IMG/VR virus record: IMGVR_UViG_3300043465_001344
Coordinates: 1-54,944 of that record
DNA from: a virus
Lineage: Duplodnaviria > Caudoviricetes
DNA length: 54,944 bases
Reading direction: 5' to 3' (one strand)
Part shown: in pieces, positions 44,403-52,900 of the stretch
Layout: each line of letters opens with the position of its first letter
How positions within the stretch are numbered: the first letter of the stretch is position 1
Notes under the pieces: model-generated
Databases searched by the model: none
Seen by the model: the letters and a program-made list of their open reading frames with translations, nothing else
Told to the model about the DNA's origin: nothing
Translations under genes and position numbers: made by a program

Positions 44403-45613
44403 CGACGTGCGCTCCGCGTGATCTCGTAGATGCGCTTGGCGAACACCAGCCCGGTGCCGAGGGCCATGAGCCAGCCCGCCCCTTGGGTGAGCCAGCCCAT
44501 CTCGATCTCGACGCCCATGTTACGCGCCTCACGCGCGGCCTCGACGACCAGCGGAGCGACGGTGACGAGACCGGTCAGCCACAGGGTGACCGACTTGCCG
44601 GCGTTCTTGTGCTCTTCGACCAGCGGGATGGGGCTGACGTCGGCCTCGGCCGGGGTGGCCACCGCGTGGGTGGTGACCGGGTAGACGCCGGCCCACATCT
44701 GGGCCTCGTCCTCGCGACGCCGCACGAGACCGTTCAGAACCTTGCCCTTGGACCGCGTCCACCGGCGGAACTGCGTCTGGATTTCGTGCTGAGGAGCGAC
44801 GGCGTTGACCTTCTTCAGCAGGGTCGAGGAGGTGAGATTGCCCTCCCCACAGTTGAAGGCGAAGGAGACCAGAGCGTCGTACTGCCACTGCTGCAGGGGC
44901 ACACGGACCAGCCGGCGCACGGCGGCCTCGAAGCGGGAGAGATCCCTCAGCAGGAGACGGTCGGCCTCGGTGAGGCTGATGATCTGCCCGATCTTCACGT
45001 CGGTGCCCGTGTGGCCGTAGCCGATGGTCAGGGTGCCCAGCACCTTGTCGCCAGCCTTCAGCGGGTGGTTCGGCCGGAAGTCGTCGTAGGCCCGCGCCAT
45101 GAACTTCTCGTGGGCCTTCAGGAAGCCCAGAGCCTGTTCGCTGATCGACAGCCCCATTGAGGCCGTGTTGGTCTCGCGGGTCATCGGGGCCTTGCCCCAG
45201 AGCCGCCAGAGCGGCAGGCCGCCGCGGCGCTCGTCCATGCGGCTCGTCTGCAGGATCTTGTGGGGGCCGGCCATGTCGTCTCGCACGCGCCGCGGCGGGC
45301 CGAAGGTGTCGCCGACCGACCACCGCTCGCCGTTGTCCAGCTCGACGATGCCGATCATGTGGTCGATGGCCGCACCGGTCGAGCTGACGAGCGCACGGTA
45401 GAGCTGGGTGCGCGGCACGCCCCACCGGAACAGGATCTCCAGCGTGGTCATCGACCAGTCGTCACAATCGCCTCGGAAGCCGATGCCCTTCTCGACGTCG
45501 TCGGCGAAGGACTTCCAGTTGTCGTGCAGGGCGGGGTCCGCCACATAGACGGCATACTGCTTGACCAGTCGGTCAGCCTCGAGGATCAGGCGATTGTTGA
45601 CGTCGGGTTTCAT
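44399..45613 (-). CDS. endolysin: transglutaminase-like Cys protease (C93/BTLCP-like) + GH24 lysozyme + C-terminal TM helices
   Basis: GDCDDW / DHMIG / GDT triad; HEKF..AYDD..TIGYGHT, QYDALVSFAFNCG, GLVRRREDE; two C-terminal hydrophobic helices. Confidence 0.8.
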   Translation of the reverse strand: MKPDVNNRLILEADRLVKQYAVYVADPALHDNWKSFADDVEKGIGFRGDCDDWSMTTLEILFRWGVPRTQLYRALVSSTGAAIDHMIGIVELDNGERWSVGDTFGPPRRVRDDMAGPHKILQTSRMDERRGGLPLWRLWGKAPMTRETNTASMGLSISEQALGFLKAHEKFMARAYDDFRPNHPLKAGDKVLGTLTIGYGHTGTDVKIGQIISLTEADRLLLRDLSRFEAAVRRLVRVPLQQWQYDALVSFAFNCGEGNLTSSTLLKKVNAVAPQHEIQTQFRRWTRSKGKVLNGLVRRREDEAQMWAGVYPVTTHAVATPAEADVSPIPLVEEHKNAGKSVTLWLTGLVTVAPLVVEAAREARNMGVEIEMGWLTQGAGWLMALGTGLVFAKRIYEITRSARR

Positions 45614-45768
45614 CAGGTCGGCTCACAGAACGGGTCTTCCGGCTCCAGCGCGCATCGGGTGCTGTCCTGTTGATGAGCGTGTGGCACTGCCGCGCCGGGG
45701 CCGGAAGGGGGTTGCTCCGGCCCACAGGAGGCAAGCAGGAGAAGGGGGATGATGATGAAGTATTTCAC
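45613..45768 (-). CDS. 51-aa lipoprotein (not in the ORF track)
   Basis: Hand translation MKYFIIIPLLLLAS-CGPEQPPSGPGAAVPHAHQQDSTRCALEPEDPFCEPT; GTGA overlap upstream and TGATG overlap with the endolysin. Confidence 0.7.
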   Translation of the reverse strand: MKYFIIIPLLLLASCGPEQPPSGPGAAVPHAHQQDSTRCALEPEDPFCEPT

Positions 45769-46139
45769 AGGCCCAGATCCACGTTGAACAGTTTCGAGAT
45801 GCCCGCAATGGTCAGGGCGGCGACGACGGGGCCACCGACCCAGCTCATGACCCCAATGAGGACGTCGTTGCGACCTTGGGTGCGGGCCAACTGGACCGCG
45901 TGATCTGCTTGCCGTCCGTCGATGTCGTCGAGACGGCTCTTCAGGGTCTCGGCCACGCTCTCGACGCTGTTAACGCGGTGGCCGACGCTGGCGACCCCGT
46001 CGAGCTTCGTGTGCAGGATCTGCGCGTCCTCGCGCTGCCGCTGGTCCATCTGGTCCAGACGCTGAACCACGGGCAGGATGAGCCTGTCGATAAGGGGCAG
46101 GATCACGTTCTGCATCTCATTGGGGTCTGCCACGCTCAC
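45765..46139 (-). CDS. holin-like / XhlA-like protein (coiled coil + C-terminal TM)
   Basis: Position in the lysis cassette; single C-terminal hydrophobic helix. Confidence 0.5.
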   Translation of the reverse strand: MSVADPNEMQNVILPLIDRLILPVVQRLDQMDQRQREDAQILHTKLDGVASVGHRVNSVESVAETLKSRLDDIDGRQADHAVQLARTQGRNDVLIGVMSWVGGPVVAALTIAGISKLFNVDLGL

Positions 46140-46318
46140 TACTCCCCCCGCGGCGCTGCGAGCGAAGGGTCCATATCGCCGAAGAGCAGCTGGTACCGCG
46201 AGCGGATGTGGTCGATGAGGACCGTACTCCCGCTCTTCTGGTCATGGTCCGCGATGGCGGCCAATTTCAAACGGTCGTCGGGCTTTCCCCGCGCAATGAT
46301 GCCAGCTGATTTCGCCAT
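46139..46318 (-). CDS. 59-aa ribbon-helix-helix-like protein (not in the ORF track)
   Basis: Hand translation MAKSAGIIARGKPDDRLKLAAIADHDQKSGSTVLIDHIRSRYQLLFGDMDPSLAAPRGE; TAGTG overlap with the next gene. Confidence 0.55.
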   Translation of the reverse strand: MAKSAGIIARGKPDDRLKLAAIADHDQKSGSTVLIDHIRSRYQLLFGDMDPSLAAPRGE

Positions 46319-46389
46319 GGCAGTGGGATCGCATAGATCAGCTCGGAGTTCCCGTGGAAGATGCCCATAACATCCAGTGGATACTCAAA

Positions 46390-46428
46390 TAAAAAGCCCG
46401 CCGTCAGTGACGGCGGGCTCTTCCTTTT
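46390..46428. terminator. terminator (probably bidirectional) between the tail genes and the lysis cassette
   Basis: AAAAAGCCCGCCGTCA-G-TGACGGCGGGCT-CTTCCTTTT. Confidence 0.8.
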
Positions 46429-46439
46429 GGCCTGAGACC

Positions 46440-46871
46440 TTATGCCTCGGGTTCGGGCGGCGGGGCCGGCGCAGGGTCGACCACGACCGGGGCGACCGTG
46501 GAGAAGGCAGCGTCGACAGCGGGGGCCGGGGGCTCGTCGCCGGATGGGGCCAACTTGTGGGCCGCCCACGCCACGATGGCCCACGCCCGGTCGCGGCTCT
46601 CGATCCCACCATATTGGCCGGTGCCCACGGCGGTGGCCACGATGCCAAGCAGTTGGAGCGTGGCCTCCCGGCCGGGTGCGGTGGAGAAGGGCTTCTCGGT
46701 GGCGATCACATAGAGCGCCTCCATGCCGCCCAGCAGCGCCGGCACCGGCGAGATCTCGCGCAGCTTCTCGCGCAGCTTCTCCTTCACCTCAGCAAAGATC
46801 TTGCTGCCGTGGTCTTCCATGAACTCTCGCATCGCGTTGACGGCGGCGACGGGTCCGTTATCTGCAAACAT
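46440..46871 (-). CDS. hypothetical protein downstream of the tail fibre
   Basis: GAGGA SD; Pro-rich tail. Confidence 0.65.
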   Translation of the reverse strand: MFADNGPVAAVNAMREFMEDHGSKIFAEVKEKLREKLREISPVPALLGGMEALYVIATEKPFSTAPGREATLQLLGIVATAVGTGQYGGIESRDRAWAIVAWAAHKLAPSGDEPPAPAVDAAFSTVAPVVVDPAPAPPPEPEA

Positions 46872-46928
46872 GGTCTGGTCCTCAAGGGTGGTGGGTGTGG
46901 GGGAAGTGGGGCGATTAGTAGTCTAGTG

Positions 46929-49900
46929 TCAAGTGGTTTCGGTGATCGAGGCGGTGACGAGCAGAGTGACGGTCTTGCCGGTGCCGGCGTCGGTCGCAGC
47001 ACAGGCGAAGGTGGCCGACTTGGTCTCCCCAACCCCGACCGACCCGGTGAAAGCGGTGGCCGCGCCTGTCGATGAGGTGGCGCTGATCCCAGTGTCTCCG
47101 CTGATCCGGTACCAGCTGTAAGACACCGACCCACCCGCGCCCGTAGGCGTCACGGTGACGGTCGAGGTCGTGACAGACCCGGCCCCGGAGCGCGAGCCCG
47201 AGCGGTTGGTGTGGCTGGCCGTAGCCCCGAAGCCCCCCGCGGCGCTCGTCACCGCCGTCAGCAGGTTGCTATTGGTGCTGTCGTAGAACTGGCGGCCATC
47301 CGTCAGGCCGGCCGCCTTGGCCGCAGCGACGCCAGCGTGGGTCGGAAACGTCTGCGTCGCCAGTAGGGTCTGGCCCGCGTAAGACGAAGCGACGCCTTGG
47401 TCCGTGCGGAAGTTGGCGCGGGTGGCGAGAGTGGCCTTGGCCTCGGTCTCCCAGCAGTTCTCACCGAAGACCGCGTCCTGCCCGATGGAGCCTGCGCCAA
47501 TCGTGTAGCTGTCTGCGCCGCGAGCGGCGTTGGTCAGGGTGACGGTCCAGCCGTCGTCCCAGTCGGCGACCGTGCCGGGCGTGTGGCCGACGCGGACGTT
47601 CTTCACCGAGACCTTCGAGTAGGGCCACGTCGTGCTGTTGACGAGGCCAATGTCCACGGCGGGGCGGCCCGTCGCCGGGTCCTTGTGCATGTAGACGTTC
47701 TGGAAGCCAAAGCGATCTCCGGTCGCCTTGACGGAACTGTTGATCCAGCCGTGCGAGCCGCCGCCGTAATCGTAGGTGTAGCCGTAGATTTGGTACACCA
47801 CAGCACCTCCGCCGCCGTACCGCTGGACCTCCACCTCAAAGGAGATCATGGCGTAGTTCCACGTCACGGGCAGGACGATGCGCCACGCACCCATGTCGGC
47901 GCTGCCGGAGTTCTCGTTCGTGCCTCCGACCGGAAGGGCAATGTGCGTGACGTTGCCCTGCTTGCGGTCGTTGAAGACCTGAACGTCTGGAGCGGTCGCG
48001 GCAGCGGTCTGGCCGGAGATTGAGGAAGCGGTGCCAAGGCTGGTGATCAGGCCGGTGCGGCCCACAAGCGCCCCGCCCGTATCGTCATAGGTGTTGTGGC
48101 CGATACGGGCGACTTGGTTGGCCGGTCCCACCTGAATGTCGGCAAGCTGGTTTCCGAAGTACACCTGCGATGCTGCGAAGCCGAGGGTCTGGCCAGCGGC
48201 GGCGGCGTAGGTGTAGCGCACAACGCCGTTCTGGAGCCACTGAACCCGGACGCCGTCGTAGACGACCGACCAGACGTCCGTGAGCGCCCATGCTCCGGCA
48301 GCGGCCAACGTGGCGAGTTCCCCGATGCCCCCGGCGTAGGCCCGCATAGCTTGAGACCCCGGAAGCCCGGTCGTGTAGCACGAGTAGTTGATCGTATTGT
48401 AGTCGCCGCCAAAGCCGGGGGCAGCCAGACCCGCCATGAAGTAGGGCTGGACGCTCTCGCCTACACGGAACGAGCAGTAAGCTGCGCCAACATACTTGTC
48501 GCGCGACGACACGCCGCCGCCCCAAGAGCCGTGCGAACCACCAACCTTGGTCGCGGTGCTACCCGATACGACAGTCTCCGAGTTGTACGGGACCAGCGCC
48601 GCGACCGCTGCGGTGTTCTCGGTCCACGCGCCGTACTGGATATCAACGATGGCGGCGGGGAAGGTCGAGGCCGCTGAGTTGTAGAAGTCGATGATCTTCG
48701 GCCACAAGGTCTGGCCCGCCGGGGCGGGGGACGAGCAGTACCTGACGCCGTCAATGTCCACGAACACCGTCGAGCCGTCGTAGCCCAGCGTCATGCGGGA
48801 GGCGAGCGTCAAGACCGGGATCGTAGCGGACGCGAGGGTCGTGTCACCGCTGTAAAGGGCGAGGCTACCCGGCGAACCCCCGGCGGTGACGTACCGGCAC
48901 CAGTATTTCTGAGTGCTCGTGTTGAACGTCGTGGCGTCGTCATCAAGGGCAAGCTGCGTGTACCAGCCGCCTCCGGCGGCCACCGACAAGAGGCTGCTGC
49001 GGATATAGGCCGACCCACGCTGCGCCGATCCGACAGCCCCACCTTCGAGAGCCCCGTGTGTTCCCGACTTGCTGACGCTGTTGCCGACCACCGTCGAGAA
49101 AGAGCCGAGGGGGGTCAGGATGCCGCTCGTGCCCGCATTGGGGCTGGGGCGCGTGGCTCCGGTCACACCCGCGAAGTCGGAGTTCGTGGCAAGCACGGAT
49201 TGGCCCGTGATTGAAGCAGCGGTGCCGAGGCCGGTTACAAGGGCCGCCTCGGTGGCGAGGCTGCCGTCCGCCCTCCGCAGACTTCCGCCCACGGTGGTCA
49301 CTTCAACGATACGGAGGCCTTGGATTTCTACTGCGCCGGACGCGCCGTTGTAGTTCGGCAGAGCGCCCACCGCCATGGTGACGGCGTTGGCCGGAATGGT
49401 CTTGCCGGTGCCCGCGCCGAAGACGCGGCTGTAATAGGTCCACGTCGCCGGGATGGTCGTGCCCTGCGGCCAGTAGAGCCAGTACGATCCATCGCCATTG
49501 ATCTCCGAGCCCGCGCCGTCACGAAGGCTGGCCAGCCCGTAGGCGGTGTTGGTTGTACCGGTGCGGCGCATCCAGCACTCGATCATGTAGGTCTTGGCCG
49601 CGTCCACCGGCACACGACGAGCCCCAATCAGGGTTCCCCCCGTGAGGCGCATCGCGGTGGTGGCAACCTCACCGTCCGTGATCGAGACGAAGCTGCCCAC
49701 CGCTCCAGCCCACGCACTGGGGTCAGCGCCGGACGGGTCTTCGGTGAGGCTGTCCCCCTGCGTGACCGGGGCGCGGTTCGTCAGGTTGGTCGTCCAGTCC
49801 GCACCCACCGTGGCGTTGTTGGCGGGGCGGGTTGCGCCCGTGACCGAGGCGAAGTCAGATGAAGTCGCGGTAGCGGCCTGTCCGCTGATCGAGGCGGCGA

Positions 49901-52900
49901 CACCTTGGTCCGTACGGAAGTTGGCGCGCGTAGCCACGGCCCCGCCAGCTTGCTCCAACAGACCCTCGCCGAAGACCTGATCCCCGCTGCGGGGGACATC
50001 CACGATGCGGACCCAGTAAGGGGTCGTCATGTTGACGTAGGTGCCGGAGATGGCGGTGTTGTTCAGACTGATCGACCAGCCGGTTGCCCAGTCGTTGACC
50101 TGCGACGCGTAGCCGACCTGCACGTTGCGGATGGTGACATTCGGGTACTGCCAGAGATCACCAACCGAGCCGATCCAGATGGTCGCCTTGCCTGCGGCGT
50201 TGAAGCCAAACTTGACCGGGCGGGAGAAGGCGCGGGGACCGTTGAACGTCGCGGTGACGTTCGCCCACCAGCCGTTACTCCCCGTGTTGTAGTGGTGACC
50301 GGCGACGGTGTATGTGCTGGTGCGACCGGTAGAGTAATCGTGAACCACCACGTCGAACGTGATCATCGGCGAGACCGCGTTCCAAGCGAACGGGAAGACG
50401 ATCTCAAGCTGGCCGACTTGGTTCGAGGTCGGAATGTTGAGTTGCCCCCCGTCCGGCTGCTGGATCAGCTTGACGCCGCCCTCATAGCGGTCGTTCAGGA
50501 CGCGGTTGGACACCGCCGTCGCGCCCGGACCTTGGCCAGTGATGGCCGAGGCCGTCCGGGTCTCAGTGACGTTGGCGTTGGCCTCCTGCGGGCGCAGGAC
50601 CTCCATCGTGACGCCGCCGCCCCCAATGTAGTTCACCTTGTCGGCGGTCCGACCGGTCAGAGCGTCCAAAGGGCGGGTCGTGATGTTCGACAGGCTGTTG
50701 AACGCCCCGGTCGTGTTGTCGAGGTTCTGCGAGCGGTTGCCGACAATCGTGGGGGTCAGACCCCCCGGGATGGTGGCCGTAGCCCACGCGGTCTGACCCG
50801 CGATGGTCGCGGCGACACCAAGGCTGGTGACGGCGACCGCGTCGGTCAGGACCGCGCCCGTCTCCCGGTAGACCAGATCCCCCAGCCTGCTGGCGCGGCG
50901 AATGATCGGCTCGGCGAAGTAGCCGTAGCCGGTGTTGTAAGCCTCGAACCAGAAGCCCATGCGGACGGCGTTCGACGGCGGGGTGATCAGCGCGGTGACC
51001 CGCGTGGGGCTGGTCGTGGTGTTGCTACCGATGATCGGAGTGCTGCTGATCAGGGCTCCCGCTCGGTCGTAGAAGGTCGCGTACGCCGTGGCAGCTGCAG
51101 CGGGGACGGAGGAGAATACGACGGCACTGACGTAGTACACCCTACCCGGCTCAACGGGGGTCGAGCCCTCGTAGTTGCTCCGAACGGCCCGAGTGGAGCC
51201 TGCTGTGGTGATCAGGACGTAGTTCGTGGACGCGACGTCGAGAGACAGGCCCGACGAGGGGTTGAAAACGAAACTCCCCGGCGTGGTGATCCACAGAGAA
51301 GCGTCCCCCGACATATCGCTGTCGCGGAACATGTTGGACGTGTCGCGGATGCTCTGCCTGCTGGGGGTGACCGCCCCGGCGTCGATATGCGTTGCTGCAA
51401 CCGTGCCCCGCGTGGCCAGTACGCCTTGACCGGTGATGGCCGCCGCGGTCCGGCTCTCGGTGACGTTGGCACCAAACTCACCGGGGCGGAGCGAACTGAC
51501 GGACGCGCCACCGGTGCCGGGGTACAGCATCCGTCCCGCGTTGAGGTAGTTCCCATCCACATCGCCACCTTGCAGGCGGTTGGCAATGACGCCTGAAAGC
51601 TGACCGTCGCCGGAGATCGTGTTGGCCGTCGCCAGACCGCCCTGCCCGGTGAACGAGGCCGCAACCCCTTGAACCGTGATCAGATCGGCGTCGCCTCTAC
51701 GAGCACCGCTGCTGTCGCGCAGACCGGTATTGATGAACGTCGCGGCTGGACCGGACGTGTCGATCTGGTCGTACCGGGCAAGATACCAGTCGAAGGAGGT
51801 GTTCGCTCCGTTGTGGACCGCGAGGTGGCCCACGCTGGAGGGCGACCCTCCCGGCGCACCAGTGAAGACCTCGAAGACGTAAAGCTGCCAGCTTCCCGTG
51901 CCCTCCATGCTGGTGAGCGGGGTGACCGTGCTCCCCACCCCCATGGAGTTGCCGTGCCACGTCAAGGTGCGGCCAACAGGGATCAGCGCCATCACCTTGT
52001 ATAGGATGCGGGAGTTGAGCGTGTACTGGCCGGGGCGGGCTGCCCCGGTCGTGTACGTCAGACCCTGATAGACGCCCCCGAAGCCGGGCGACGGGTTGCT
52101 GTTCGGCGTCCCGGTGCCGTCGTAGCTGACCTTGAGGACGTACCGGCTATTGTTCGGGGCGTTGCTCTCGTACTCGACCGCAATCGTAACCTTCGCCCCA
52201 CCTGCGTTGTTGTAAACGCTGTAGTTGGCCGCACTTCCGTCAGCAAACTCCGGGTTCAGGGCGAGGTTCGTGCCCGCGATGCCGCCCATCATTTCGAGAG
52301 GCCTGACGCGGGCGTTCAACCCCGATTGCAGGTAGCCGTCGGCGAAGATGGCGGTGTTCAGAGCGTTGACGGAGCGGCCCGTGTAGGTCGCCCAATCAGT
52401 CTGGCCGGTGATGGCCGAGGCCGTGCGGGTCTCGGTGACGTTGGCTCCAGCCTCGCCGGGGCGAAGGCTCTCGACCGTTGCGCCTCCGGTGACGTAGGTC
52501 AGCTGATCGGCCGTCCGGCCGGTCAGGAGGGACAGACTGCGAGTGTTGATGTTCGACAGGCTGGTCAGGTTGCCGGAGGCGTCCAGATTGCCAACACGGC
52601 CTTGGACGGTCGCCGGCGTGAGGGTGCCATAGGTTGCCCAGCCGGTCTGGCCGGTGATGGCCGAGGCCGTGCGGGTCTCGGTGATGTTTGCACCGCGCTC
52701 CAGCACGGCACGGTCGGCCCCGTGCGTGACGTCGAAGCTGACCCCGGAGGCGTTCACCGCGGCCACGCCGTTGGTCACGAGGCCACCGGCCGCGCTGACC
52801 AGTGTGTAGGTCCCGTTCGTCATCACCCCGGTGACGCGGTTCGCGCCGCTGGCGTCGGTCAGCGGGATGGTGCCGATCAGTGTGGCCCCGACCGTGGGGT

